Part shown: positions 37,986 through 51,812 of the stretch, in pieces
How positions within the stretch are numbered: position 1 is the stretch's first letter
How the letters are laid out: each line of letters opens with the position of its first letter
Assembly: GCF_006345805.1 (NCBI RefSeq)
Contig: NC_043000.1
Location: 95,046,001 to 95,110,000, forward strand
Origin: Octopus sinensis
Lineage: Eukaryota
Direction of reading: 5' to 3'
DNA length: 64,000 nt
Program-made: the position numbers and the translations under genes
The notes under the pieces: model-generated
What the model was told of the DNA's origin: nothing
What the model saw: the letters and a program-made list of their open reading frames with translations, nothing else
Database searches by the model: none

Positions 37986-39464
37986 GAATAAATGAAAGAA
38001 TGGAGTTGAACGACAAATTAACAAATTTCCTTATTTTCGACATATGTTTCGAAGGCTGCATATTCCTAATTGTGAAGGAATAAGGAGTACATTATGCCGC
38101 TTTCTCATCAGGAAAAACAAGGAATTTATGTCAACATCAAGATTCACAAAAACTTTCAGATGACTGCTCTCACGGAGCGCATAGCGATAATGAGTGTCTC
38201 TTTAATATTCCTTTATAAGGAGTGACGTCAAACTGGTTGAATGTAGAAAATTCTAGAAGGTTCTAAAGGTTCAAGAGTTCAAACGAAGTAGGGGGAGAGA
38301 GGCCTAAGAAAAGTAAGGTGATTTGTAACAGGTCGTATGTATTGTGGGTTTTGTTAAATTCTTTTCTGAATGAGTGTCTGTGTGAGTGAATGAATATAAC
38401 TGTATTAATACCTATGTGTGTGTATGTGTGTGCGTGAATGTGTATGTGGATGGGTAGATGTAAAAAAAAACAGATAGTGGTGTTGTAGCAGATATGTGTC
38501 TGTGTGCTTGATTACTGTAGATAGAGGAAAATGGAGAGAAAAAGAAAGAGGAGGGCGAGGTATTGGGACAAAGGCAAAACAAACCTCAATGGATTGGGTA
38601 GTATGTCTTTGAAAGCATAACTTTTTTTTTAAAACTAAAGGGGTGAAATATATAAATGGAAATATATTAATTAAAATTCAAGGGGGTTATCTATATTAGT
38701 CATTATTCATATGAGTGAAAGGTGTGTTTTCTCCAGTGCAAGCACAAATTTGTTAATTTGTCGTTCAACTCCATTCTTTCATTTATTCATAAATTTTATA
38801 AAAATACACACAAATTTCCACACGAAAACACGTAGTCCCTGCCCTAGGCACGTAACTTCAACCGTGTTATTTCTGATGTGAATTTTCTACCCAGGTATCG
38901 GTTAAACGAATTATCCATAAAAAGATATTTCATTTTTCTACTCAAATATATATATATATATATATATATAGTACGTTTAAATATTTGTTGTGCAAGATTT
39001 TTTATGTGAAGTCGTGTGTTGAAACAGATATTGTTATATTTCGGAATGGTCATATTGCCAGTTTAGCCAATAAAAACACACGCACTATATATTTGGTGTT
39101 ATTTTGCTTCAGTGATATTTATTTTTTACATTAATCTTAATCTTATTTCGGCCAAAGTTCTTTCGTCACACTCCTGTGACCGCATCAGTGGTCCTTTGTT
39201 TTCTTCTCACTTACTTGTGTCTCTCCTTACTAACCGTCAGCCATTTTGTATTTCTATTGTATGTCTTCATTTGCGCATGCTTATATCTCTATGTGCGTCT
39301 ATGTTTATTTAGTGTGTGTGTGGGGGGATGCCTGTAATATTTGTATCTTCTGGTTATATACATTCTTGTAATTTGTATTTTGTTTTTGTTGTTGTTGCTT
39401 TTGTTCTAATTTTGTTCATGTGTTTACATCCACCCATTATTATCATTACATATGCTTGTATGTA
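30310..39464 (+). repeat. tandem segmental duplication, copy B (~9.15 kb)
   Basis: lacks copy A 23152-24997 and 29265-29810; many 1-nt indels relative to A. Confidence 0.97.
39150..39194 (-). ncRNA. hammerhead-like motif in the left (inverted) pLTR
   Basis: same motif as 29992-30036. Confidence 0.65.
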
Positions 39465-39531
39465 TGTATAACAACAATATTAGTAATAATAATAATAAAT
39501 CTAATAATAATAATAAATCTAATCGAAAAAA

Positions 39532-40230
39532 GAAAGGATCAGAGTATACAAAGGAGCCATGAAGAAATTTGATAATATATTATGTAATGATAGGAATGGG
39601 ATTTGCCCACTCTATAGGAACAAGTCATGGAACACTATAGAAAGGACAAAAAGAAAATAGGGAAGGCCAACTCTTGGTATGATAGCCATAAATACCAGAG
39701 TGTCATGTTCGTTGACACCACCCCTGGAGGTGAACTAGCGTACCGCTTTAGAAGGACCCTAGATACACTTAAACTAAGAATTAAGGTTGTTGAAAAGCCA
39801 GGCAACCCTATCAGATCTATAATTGGTAGAAGCTATCCTTTTAGTAGAACTCTCTGTACGGATAACTATTGCACTGTATGTAGATTTAGCCCACAAACGA
39901 ACTGTAAAGCCAGAAATGTGGTCTATAGTATAAGATGTATAGAGGGACGATGCAGTAACAAGATAGTAACATACGTAGGGGAAACTGCAAGAAGCATTGG
40001 TGAGCGGGTGAATGAACATTGGAGACAACTCAAGGAAGGTAAAAGCTCATCGATTCTGTACCAACACGCCGAACGGGGGATCAATCAATAACATAGAGAT
40101 TAAGATATTGTCCACACATAGAACAGATGCAACAATTAGACAAATTACAGAAGCTACACATATAATAGAAAATAAACCTAGCCTGAATAGAAAACTAGAA
40201 TGGAGCAATAGCGCACACCACAACATATGA
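39532..40230 (+). pseudogene. Penelope-like C-terminal ORF: RT thumb/linker, Cys-rich linker and GIY-YIG endonuclease; two frameshifts
   Basis: GICPLYRNKSW; MFVDTTPGGELA; CTDNYCTVC..NCKARNVVYSIRC..C..YVGETARSIGERVNEH; RQITEA..I..KPSLNRKLEW. Confidence 0.92.
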
Positions 40231-40704
40231 CAATAGTGGATCCTGCAAACATAATAAATACACAGGTAATTAAAGAAATAGAAATGAATATCTATATGTG
40301 TATGTATGTGTGTATATATGTATATATATGTATATGTATATGTATATGTATGTATATATATATATGTATATGTATATATATATTTTTTTTTCGATTAGAT
40401 TTATTATTATTATTACTAATATTGTTGTTATACATACATACAAGCATATGTAATGATAATAATGGGTGGATGTAAACACATGAACAAAATTAGAACAAAA
40501 GCAACAACAACAAAAACAAAATACAAATTACAAGAATGTATATAACCAGAAGATACAAATATTACAGGCATCCCCCAACACACACACTAAATAAACATAG
40601 ACGCACATAGAGATATAAGCATGCGCAAATGAAGACATACAATAGAAATACAAAATGGCTGACGGTTAGAAAGGAGAGACACAAGTAAGTGAGAAGAAAA
40701 CAAA

Positions 40705-40748
40705 GGACCACTGATGCGGTCACAGGAGTGTGACGAAAGAACTTGGCC
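40705..40748 (+). ncRNA. hammerhead-like motif in the right pLTR (sense to the ORF)
   Basis: GGACCA-CTGATGC-G-GTCACA ggag TGTGAC-GAAAGAACTTGGCC (one T shorter than the other copies). Confidence 0.65.
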
Positions 40749-40884
40749 GAATAAGATTAAGATTAATGTAAAAAATAAATATCACTGAAGCAAAATAACA
40801 CCAAATATATAGTGCGTGTGTTTTATTGGCTAAACTGGCAATATGACCATTCCGAAATATAACAATATATATATATATATATAG

Positions 40885-41090
40885 TTAATCAAAACATGAA
40901 AACACAAAGAGAAAACACAACAACGCGTGGACGGGGAACAAGTATAGTATTATTAGACGCTCAGGAAAGGAAAGAAAGAAGGAGGATTTACCGTTTCGAG
41001 CGGAGCTCTTCGTTAGAAACATAGGAAAAGGAAAGATCCAAGGAAGGGAAGACGGAAGACGTATCGCCAACGATACACACGCAGTCACAT
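40885..41090 (-). mobile_element. Penelope-like terminal fragment with mutated hammerhead (40988-41019)
   Basis: TTT-CTAACGA-A-GAGC tcc GCTC-GAAA-CGGT-AAA; homologous to 22635-22830. Confidence 0.6.
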
Positions 41091-41113
41091 ATATATATAT
41101 ATATACACACGTA

Positions 41114-41342
41114 CAGGATGTCCATAAGGTATCTTTACAGCATTCACAATTTCTTGCATTATATCCTATAGATGTGTTGCGTGCAACCAATGGAACTATT
41201 CTGATGCTTTTAATATGTGGAAGTGTTCTGGTGTCTCTAATAAAGCTTTATTTGTCTGCCAATAAACTCTGCTGAATTATCCTTATTTTTCATTTCTTTT
41301 TCTGAATTTTTCCAATTGTAAAGCTAATTTATGGACATCCTT
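41114..41342. mobile_element. Tc1/mariner-type MITE
   Basis: TA-CAGGATGTCCATAA ... TTATGGACATCCTT-TA. Confidence 0.7.
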
Positions 41343-41348
41343 TATACA

Positions 41349-41435
<87 letters not shown>

Positions 41436-41796
41436 CATTGATTAATTCAGACGACCACAAATACCCAATAACTATTTTAACTGAAACAATAGTCTTGCGA
41501 TTTGGTTAATGGCCAGCTACAAGTTCTCCAAATCGAATTCTCAAAATCAAAGAAAAATTTAATAAAGTTATTGTATGCATGCACACGTACGTACATACAT
41601 ACATACATACATACATACATGTAGTCATACATACAAGCATACATACATACGTACATATATACATACATACATACATACATACATACATACATACATACAT
41701 ACACACATGTACACATTGACACACACATACATACATAAACACATGCACATATTCACATACATACATACATACATACATACATACATACATACATAG

Positions 41797-41827
<31 letters not shown>

Positions 41828-42990
41828 CATACATACATACATACATCATACATACATACATACATACATACATACATACATACATACATACACACATACG
41901 TACGTACATACAAATATACATATGGTAAATAAAAAAATGCATATTTCTGGCGTTGATCATTAATTCAGGTGCAACTACCCAAAATACTGATCAAATATGG
42001 AACTGATATCTCCGTGGGATCTTAATGAAGTTGAAAGCCATATTATCACGCTCCTTGAAATGCAATGCAATTTGAACAAGTAAACATTTCTGCGTCGTAT
42101 CACGTTGTTGCTTTGGTGGATATTTTTTTATGCTTGCTTTCAGCCAAGTGTCATCCAGATAAATTATCGACAGGTGAAGATTGCAATGTCCTTCAGCATA
42201 TGCTGCATGTAAATAGAATAGAATATATTATGCGTGTGTGTGAGTGTGTGAGTGTGTGTTTTCCTCTAGTGTGTGTGTATGCATGATTTTTATTTTATGT
42301 CTCTTTTTGGGGTGCGTGTAAAGGATAGACAGCGTATGTGTGCCTGTGTGTTTTGTGCGAATGTGTGGGGGTTATGGAGATGTTCTTGCGTGTATTAGAT
42401 CAGCTTTGGACAATTACTGACGTTGACAAACGTGATTCATATTCGAGTACTACTCACATATCTGGAATGGCGCTGCTGTATCTATCCATTGTTGACCGCA
42501 TACAAAACGAGATGTTTGACTGATTGGCAAACCTTTATTCAGCATCACGTTATATACACTATCACATCGATGTAATATATCACCCTTCAATCTATTCTAT
42601 CGCTACTATAGTTTGGTTTCTGTACTTATAAACTAACAAAATATGTACCACTTTCACACGTTCTATCTTTGCCTAGCTTTTTCTCTCTTCTTCGTTGCTA
42701 TTCTGTTTCAATATTCAAATTCCTTATAAAACATGTTCATTTCCTGAAGCATCCTTCCTACGAAACTGCAATCATCTGGTACATTTACCCTTAGCACAGT
42801 TCATTCCCCCATACCCTACAGATATAACCCTTCACATTTTCAAGCTAGATATCAACAGCAACAATTTCACCAGATGAAATACATGCATCATTAGATGTAT
42901 GTAGAGGCTGGCGTTTAAATAGATGCATGATAAATAAGACAAAAAAAGGAAAATTTCGTACAAGAAAGCTAGTGTCATTAATTAGACATA

Positions 42991-43190
42991 TTGGGTTGTC
43001 CGGAAAATTCGTGCTGATTCTTTAAAGAAAGAAAAAGGTCAATAAATACTTGCCATTACATTTTTAATCAACCAAATATGAACCATTTTGTTGCACAATG
43101 CGTCTCCATCTTTCCGTTAACTTGAATATACCCTCTTCCCAAAATTGAGATGGTTTCATGGGAAAGAATTCATCAAAGTATCTTTTTCCG
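42991..43190 (-). mobile_element. mariner 3' end fragment
   Basis: TA-TTGGGTTGTCCGGAAAATTCGTGC terminal repeat; minus strand reads EEGIFKLTERWRRIVQQNGSY. Confidence 0.75.
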
Positions 43191-43479
43191 TCATCCAATA
43201 ACAGCAACGACAAGTCCATCAGAGATCAGACATCCCCGGAACCATAAACGACTCCACTATGAAATACTACCCAGCAACGCCCACCCACCACTACCAACAA
43301 AACACAAACATTACTGCTTACATAATACCACCCATGCTTTTCCTTCCCATCATCCACATAACTTAACCAGCTCACTCTAAGATCCCCAAAGATCTACTAA
43401 TTCCAAATCACCCGACTAAAAATACTAAGAAAAATAATGTACTGTTGTAGAACCAATATATAATCATTTAATCTTCTAT

Positions 43480-43660
43480 CATTGGACTTCAGCCATGCTG
43501 GGGCACTGCCTTGAAGAAATTTTAGTCGAATGAATCGACCCCTGTTCTTATTTTGATTTTAAGCCTGTTACTTATTCTATCGGTCTCTTTTGCTGAACTG
43601 CTAAGTTACAGTGGCGTAAACATAGCAGAATCGATTGTCAATCGGCGGTGTGGAACAAAC
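43480..43660 (-). mobile_element. SINE family A, 3' fragment
   Basis: GCCATGCTGGGGCACTGCC..TTCTATCGGTCTCTTTTGCTGAACTGCTAAGTTAC. Confidence 0.75.
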
Positions 43661-43701
43661 ACAGTCACAAAACACACGCACACACATACACACACATATA
43701 C

Positions 43702-43732
<31 letters not shown>

Positions 43733-43733
<1 letters not shown>

Positions 43734-45226
43734 CTCTTATTATAAAAGGCAGATTTTATCTGCCTCCCTTTGGGAGTTATACAAATCTACAATATAGGAT
43801 TTCTTCAATTACAATTTACCTAGCAGTTTTGAGAGTACAATGCATCGCGTCATGCCAGGTCCAGTTTTTAAAATTTAAACTCCATTAAGCAAAATTTACA
43901 GAAAACTCACATTCTGGTGTGTGTGTCAAATGCTTTTCTTAGTCTGGTTTACACCACACGCAAACGCACACACACAGTGGGCAAGGAATAAAATGAAAGT
44001 AATTCACTTACTGTAGTGAGTGATTCTTTCACTCTGCCTCCCACTTCCTCTTTAGACACATAGAAAAAACTTTTATTTTTTTACATAAGTATGATGAGAG
44101 CGAAAGAGACTAAGAAAGCGATTGTATGACGAGGGAAGTTCCTTTGAAGTTACCGTGCATGGGACTCATTGATGTACATGTGTGTGTGTGTGTGTGTGTG
44201 TTGATGGAGTGTGGGAGACAGACAGTATGTTGTGTAAGTGAAGTGCTTCTGTTAGTGTGTGTGAAGAGACAGAGAGAGTAATGTGTGAAAGAGAGAGATA
44301 ACTGAAATGTTTTACTCGGTTTATTTGTATATGTATGTATGCATGTATGTGTGTGTGTGTGTGTATGTATGTGTGTGTGTATGTATGTATTTATATATAA
44401 AAGAAAGGTTGTGTGTCTGTCTACTCCGATTTAGATTCCTAACTACTCCACATTTTGCGATGCAGTTTAACCAAAACCGGGTATCTTATAGTCGTGATTC
44501 ATATCGAGCCCTTCTGGGTATTAGCGCGCGTCTACGATGAGTCTATGATTTTACAAATAATTTACCATCATTTTTTTCCATTTTAATGCATTTTTTAAAA
44601 ATAAACGGAAGTAACTCTCAAACTTCACACCAATATGCGTGCTCATATGCGACGTAATATCACATCACCAGCATTTCCTCACACCCTCCTTGCACTTGGC
44701 GAAGGCAAAATACCAGGGAGAAAATGGTAAATATTGCCATCGATTCCATTTGTACCATTGTTAAGACGCCTTCTGATCTCAGAGATGCAGTGTTCCCAGA
44801 TTTACAAGCTAATTATCAGAATATGGATTGGATTGGCAAAAGGGCTATACTGGCCCCGAGGAATAAAACTGTTCACCATATTAATGATGAAATGCTAAAA
44901 CTCATTCCTGGGGAAGTCGATGCATATCAGTCTATCGATACAACTCCTGACCCAAAGGACGTCATCAACTATCCAATAGAGGTACTCAATTCCTTTGAGC
45001 ACCCCGGACTACCACCACACTTTCTCAAACTTAAGTTAGTGCCCCTATAATGCTCATCAGAAATTTGGTTCCCCCAAACAATGCAATGGCACACGTTTGG
45101 CTTAAGTCCTTATCTCCCACCGTAAGCTTATTTCAATATTTGCCTGAATAATCATCATAATTCAGTGCAATCATTAACAGTACTTTCAAGCAATTCGCCC
45201 CGAGCAACGCCGGGCAATTCTGCTAG
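43733..45226 (+). mobile_element. non-autonomous Helitron with Pif1-helicase remnant
   Basis: 5' TC start after A; RAILAPRN..V..IN..L..IPG..YP.E.LNS...GLPPH.LKLK..MLIRNL..CNGTRL (44724-45100); 3' GC hairpin plus CTAG|T. Confidence 0.85.
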
Positions 45227-45256
45227 TATAATATATATATACATACATATATAATT

Positions 45257-45292
<36 letters not shown>

Positions 45293-45302
45293 CGCACATA
45301 TA

Positions 45303-45470
45303 CACGACGGGCTTCTTTTAGTTTCCGTCAACCAAATCCCCTCACAAGGCTTTGGTCGGCTCGAGGCTATAGTAGATTTCACTTGCGCAAGGTACCACGC
45401 AGAGTGGGACTGAACCCTGAACCATGTAGTTGGGAAGCAAGTTTCTTACCACACAGCCACGCCTACGCCC
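45303..45470 (-). mobile_element. SINE family A, 5' half
   Basis: reverse complement of GGCGTAGGCGTGGCTGTGTGGTAAG..GGTTCAGTCCC. Confidence 0.85.
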
Positions 45471-46884
45471 TCCACACACACCCACGTCTGTGAAAACTAT
45501 CGTGGTGATGACATGAATTTTCAATTCCTTAGCCAACCAACTTATTTTCCGAAAAACCGCGAATGCCACCAATTCTTTCACAACACCAAAATAAATGTGA
45601 AGTTTAACTAAATGTCGGACACGTATTCTTAAGAGTTGCAAGGCAAAAATGTTACGAATATATCAAGAAATATAATGGCTGAATTAAAATATGAATTTAG
45701 GTGCCCTGAAGATAAAATGTATTGTAAATGGTGACGTTTATCACATTAACGTCATGACAGAAAACATTTCGATCAGAGCGTCCATTTAAAAATAGTAATC
45801 ACAGTGAAATAGTTTGGAAATCACTTGTACAAACGGTAGAGATTAATCTGACACTACCTGCCATCTAGAAAATAAACAACATGGCGTTGGTGAAAATGCC
45901 GTAGGAAATCGACGGAAAGAGAGAAAGTGACTGAGAGACCGAGGGAGAGAGAGAGAGGGAGAGAGAGAAGGAAAGAAAGAAAGATACAGAAACAAAGAGA
46001 AAAAGAAAGAATGAAAGAGAGAAGCAACAAAGAAGCAAAGAATTAAAACTAACATTACATGGCAATTCTTGAAAAGGTACCAATGTTTAGGAATAAAACA
46101 AAAATACTGTCATCTTTGTCGTACGGTTGAATGACTCATCTTTTGAAAAACCTCATTTTGAGGAGCTTCACTGTTTCGTGACTACGTTTTCCGTTTGTTT
46201 GTTTTGTTTTGGCTTTAGTTTCTCTATGTAGTAACCAATAAGTGAGTTATATAAACTTAGGGGTTCTGCTTACTGGAGTGTGATGGTTATAAGCGTACTT
46301 AAACAATGGCAAAATACCATGCATCCACATAAATTAATTCCTTGTTAAAGTTTCTTGACATTTGGTTAATACTGAATCAAATACGCTTCCCGTGTGTAAA
46401 AAATTTATTCGTATTAACCTCATTTATACAAATACATTAACTTCATTAATACATTAATCTCATGGATACATTGAATGCAATACATTCAGCAAGTCAAGCA
46501 ACCCTCTGGAACTCGTGAGTTGAAGAATCAGTCTTACTGTATTTGGCTTTTCTCTCCTTCTATATATGTGTGCGCGCATGTGTGTGTGTATATATCTTAA
46601 TTTAATGTAGGCTGTAACTTTCTGATATACACGCCGAAACAGAAGTGGCAAGATGATGGCATGTTGATTCTGGAGAATTGGGTCGTTTCTTGTTTCTTTT
46701 TAAGATTGCTCCCGTTCTCATTTGGAGTCGGATACGATTTTCACTAGGTGTTTGTTTAAATTCTCTCCGTGCTAACATAATTTCAATAAAAGATTTTATC
46801 TTCTATGCTATGTATTACTTCTTTATTCGCCTTTGTTCAAAGGCCACATTCTACTGTGAGTTACTTCTGTTCGTTTATTTTGCA

Positions 46885-46926
<42 letters not shown>

Positions 46927-47019
46927 CTCACGCAGGCATATCTCACACTCACATGTATGTATGTATGTATGTATGTATGCATGTATGTATGTATGTATGT
47001 ATGCATGTATGTATGTATG

Positions 47020-47050
<31 letters not shown>

Positions 47051-50000
47051 TTATATACACACGTGTGTGTGTGTGTGTGCGTGTGTGCCTATACAGTTGT
47101 GATACCTCAGAAATACGTAGGAGGAATTATAGGAAGTTATGGCGTAAACAAAATTATTACTTATCTTCGGTAGTGTTTGTGCGAATATTACAGACTATAT
47201 GACTTCAGATGCATTCTACAAACATGACCCTCCTTGTATAATGAATGCCGGACATGTACGGACATTTACGCTGAAGTTCATGCGAAAGAAGAAAATAAAA
47301 GCCAAGAGATCGATTTGTAAGAAATAATACAAAAGAACTATTAGGTGAGATAAATAAATATGTAATAATTTCTAAAATTGTATACGAGTATTATCTAGAG
47401 AACATACACAAAATGCAGGGATTACATGGGTGGAATAAAGATTGTAACGTCAGTTATTTTGACGGATAAAATTAAGTTGATGAGGAGAATAGCATTCATT
47501 GTTAATAGAAGTAAATATTAAATTAAAATTCTTGCCACTTGAAAGCATGAAGACACCTTGAGAAAAGAAATCATATCAAGTCCCATATCTAGAAGCAACT
47601 GAATTCCTATTACGTTCAGTAAACCAAAAGAGTGAAAGAAAAATAATACAATTAAATAGTAAATTATTGTGACAAGTAACATCTGTAAGGAATAATAGAA
47701 TTGTTTAATAATGTTACGGGCATCCTGCAGGGATATTGGTGAATTGTGTAGTGAAGGCGACATTGCGTTGTTGGTCACCCTCACACGTGTCTTACTCGTA
47801 AAAGTATCACGCAGAAGACCAACTCATCTGCTGTTTGGCAAGTGTTTAATGGATTCGTGTTCTTGAGCTTAACTCATATCTATGAGGGTACTTATTAAAA
47901 TACCTCAGGCACATACATTTCTGGAGAAGTCCTCTGTTGTGTCTACGCCCCCAGACGATGAAGTAGGCTAGCCCAATACGTAGATATAGAGGGAGAAGTC
48001 CAGACGTCGGGGAGATGCGTAGAGGCCATCCGAACGTGCGATATAACAGTGGCGACGAGGATTTCGTAGCACACACTGCCACTGTGTAGTATTGCGATAT
48101 AACATTCCCACTGCACAACTTTCAAAGATATACCTATGAGGGGTTAACATGCCTCAAATACGAGGCTTTCTGGAAATTTCCTTACTACTCAGCTCAGACA
48201 GATATGGGTATGAGGGGTTATTTAATTAGATATGAAGGTTTCTGCGGCTGTCCCCACTACACAATTTGGGTAAGTCTAATTGCTTGACTCCCTAAACGAC
48301 AAAGAAACTTATGCATGTATTATTTTAAAAAAACACAAATATATCAACAGCAGAAGTAAATCGCCCAGCAAATTGAATGTATACACGTGTGTGTGCGCGC
48401 GTGTGTGCATGTGTGTGTGCGCGCGCGTATGTATGTATTTACGCATGCATAACGATTTCGTTTAGCCAAGGCGATACTAATAATTAGTTTTCAGAACTCA
48501 ATATGCTTATACTTTTAAGTAATGCTTTGGATGAGTACAGAGTGTTATATTAATTAGTGAATGGCAAGGAAACAAGAATCATGTAACCATATCCATTACT
48601 TTACAGTTGTTTCATTACATGAAAAGCAATGCACTCAGAGCTAAGTGCTTGCGCAACATTCTATAGCTTCTAAGGACTCATGGAAATTTTTAATGACTCC
48701 TCGGAAACTTTGAATAATGCGCAAGCACTCAGGTATAAGCTAATGAAGTTGACTGCAAGATTCCTGCTGCCTTGCAACTCACTAATATATGTGTGTATGT
48801 ACGCATATGTATATGTATATATATATATGCCTATATCTATTCATACATGTGTGTATATGTTTATGGGTATGTATGTATATATGCGTATATACGATATCTG
48901 TATTGTTAGGAATAAAACAGCTTGATTACGGGCATCGAAGGTAGTAAAAGGAATTGAAGGTAAACAAGTAGTAAGAGATAACGTTAGTTTATGACTCCGA
49001 AAAAATATCCTATAGCATCGATGAACTAACAACAATGAAAATCGAAAAGAAAGGACGAAAATTTTGAAGGACACCCGAGTAATTATTGCATTAACTTAGC
49101 GGAGTGATATTGTTTGCCTCATAAAAGTAATGCATTTCAAATATTTGCACTAATGGCATGTGAGCACGCTAATGGAGCGCATGTTCTATCACCAGAAAAA
49201 ATATTCACTTCCCGTCACATACACTAAGAAGAAAACGATGCAAATGTAAACCCTATTATTCGGTCCAAAACTAAAAATAGGGGAAAGTGTTTTTTGACTT
49301 CTATGCATAAAATGTACGAAAAATGATGACAATCGGAATAAAGAAACCGACTTTTAAGAAAAATGCATAAACGTTTGCAAAATACTTACGTTACTACACT
49401 GCATGCGTATTTTACAGACTCAATCTAGAAAAGCCGAGACTGCAATATGAAAAGATTGCATTCCTGATCTAAAAGTAGTTTTTAGACAGCGACACATTTA
49501 CTGATTAAAATATGTTTTCAAAACTAAAACATGATGTATAGAAATCGAAGACTTTAATACGAGATACGGTATTTGACAGCTAAGGAGGTATAGTTTTTGC
49601 AAAAGAAAATATTTCAAAAAATTAGCCCTCATTTCACAAAGACACAGCCGGTGTTTGGGACACAAGAAAGTGGAAGTTCAAGCAAGACCTCTGCCAAAAT
49701 TGAATCATGCCTTATATAAGCTGTCAGAAACAGCAAACATAACTCAAACTAAAAAGGAATGTTTTGTCTTGAAGAAAGCCAAAATATATATATAAGAAAA
49801 TGTACCTGAGGTAACAAACAGTCGTGGCAAAAAAAAAACATAGAAACAATAATAGAAAATATTGTTTTAAAATACAAAGCTAAGGTAAACTAGAACAATA
49901 GAACGTTAGTCTAAGATGATGACAATGAAGCCCCTTATGTGACCATCATTTGAGAAGATTGGACAAAACAAATGCAGATGAAGGAAGAAACTCGTCACTA

Positions 50001-50466
50001 ACTGATCTCAAAACTGAGCCAAAAGTAATTTTGCTCGCGGCAAAAGATCAGACTTCCTGTGTAAAAAATTACCCACGGAATCAAAGACGAAAGCATAATA
50101 TTCAACATACCCGCAGAAAATGTTAAAGCTGTGAAGAAACAACCAATCATATTCTGACTAAGAATGGCAAAATTGTTTCTATTGCTAGCAAAATTGCTTC
50201 TATTCATAATAAATCCATTTAGAATTTTTCCAATTGTAAAAAGTTTGCGTGCATGTGAATGTTGCCTTCGTTGATTATTTTATCGATCCAGGTGTAATGA
50301 AAGGTATAGCTGACCTCGATAGAATTTTAACTCCGTATGCAAAAGAACTAGAAGAAATACCACTAAGTATTTTCTTCAACGCTTTAACGATTCTACTAGT
50401 CTGCCGCTATAATAATAATTAAATAATAATAATAATAATAATATAATAATAATAATAATAATAATA

Positions 50467-50506
<40 letters not shown>

Positions 50507-50654
50507 CAGCATCAATGACAGTGGTTTCAAATTTTGGCATAAGGCCAACAATGTTGGGTGAGTGGTTAAGTCGATTTACATCGACCCTAGTGGTCAACAG
50601 GGGTTGATTCTATTAATCTAATGAGTAGCAGAATTAACGATTCTACAACTCTTA

Positions 50655-50744
50655 GAAGAAGAAGAAGAAGAAGAAGAAGAAGAAGAAGAAGAAGAAGAAG
50701 AAGAAGAAGAAGAAGAAGAAGAAGAAGAAGAAGAAGAAGAAGAA
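50655..50744. repeat. (GAA)n microsatellite
   Basis: perfect trinucleotide run. Confidence 0.95.
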
Positions 50745-50789
50745 TCATTCCTAATATAAGTAGAATTCTTGAAAACTTGTGTGAGGAGG

Positions 50790-51150
50790 CTAGTCGATAA
50801 CATCGACCCCAGTGCTTAACTGGTACTTATTTTATCGACCCCGAAAGGATGAAAGGCAAAGTGGACCTCGGCAGAATTTGAACGTAAAGACGGACGAAAT
50901 GCCGCTAAGCATTTTATCCGGCGTGCTAACGATTCTGCCAGCTGACTATCTTAAACATTGGCGTCAAGTTTTGGCACAAGGCCAGCAATTTCTGGGGAGT
51001 GGGTTAGTCGATTACATCAACCCCAGTGCTCAACTGATACTAATTTTATCAACTCTGAATGGATGAAAGGCAAAGTCCACCTCAGCGGAATTTGAACACA
51101 GAACGTAAAGACGGACGAAACGCCGCTGAGCATTTTGACAGTCATATTAT
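50790..51150 (-). mobile_element. two SINE family B monomers (further fragments at 50270-50600)
   Basis: TTATCGACCCCGAAAGGATGAAAGGCAAAGT..CTCGGC.GAATTTGAAC. Confidence 0.85.
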
Positions 51151-51422
51151 TGATTCTGCGTGGTTAGTCAATCCCACTACTTGAATGGGTTAATGTCTAT
51201 AACCTGCATCTGAGTAATCTTTAAAAAGTGCTTCTATTTCTTTTCAGACCATTTATATGTTTTCATTGATCAAAAATAAGTAAAGTAATGTTTTCCTACT
51301 TCAACATTTTTTCTTTTATAATTTTGCATGCTTCTTAACATAAAATATTGTTGTTCATTCTGTTTATCCATACATTTCAGAACCCCAGAAGCCATCTCAC
51401 CTTCATTATTCTGGCTTAATAA

Positions 51423-51812
51423 GGCGGCGAGCTGGCAGAAACGTTAGCACGCCGGGCGAAATGCGTAGCCGTATTTCGTCTGCCATTACGTTCTGAGTTC
51501 AAATTCCGCCGAGGTCGACTTCGCCTTTCATCCTTTCGGGGTCGTTAAATTAAGTACCAGTTACGCACTGAGGTCGATATAATCGACTTAATCCGTTTGA
51601 TTGCTCTTGTTTGTCCTCTCTGTGTTTAGCCCCTTGTGGGTAGTAAAGTAATAGACATTTAGTCTGCCGTTACTTTCTGAGTTCAAATTCCGCTGAGGTC
51701 GACTTTGCCTTTCATCCTTTCGGTGTCGATAAATTAAGTACCAGTTGCGTACTGAGGTCGATATAATCGACTGGCCCCCTCCCCAAAAATTTTGAGCCTA
51801 GAGTAGAAAAGA
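51423..51812 (+). mobile_element. SINE family B, full-length dimer
   Basis: GGCGGCGAGCTGGCAGAAACGTTAGC head; two B-box plus Meta-like modules. Confidence 0.92.

Larger units (their letters stand above)
38971..40868 (+). mobile_element. 5'-truncated Penelope-like element (Neptune-type) with inverted pseudo-LTRs
   Basis: about 39027-39531 is the reverse complement of 40383-40868, flanking the GIY-YIG ORF remnant; left copy carries an extra tail to 38971; (TA)n flanks. Confidence 0.9.

Noticed and set aside
47870-48225. Three TATGAGGG(G)T motifs with similar downstream context
   Set aside because: Too short and irregular to call; probably subterminal repeats of an old transposon
49080-50220. 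Possible decayed DNA transposon
   Set aside because: No recognisable motif or termini that I can support
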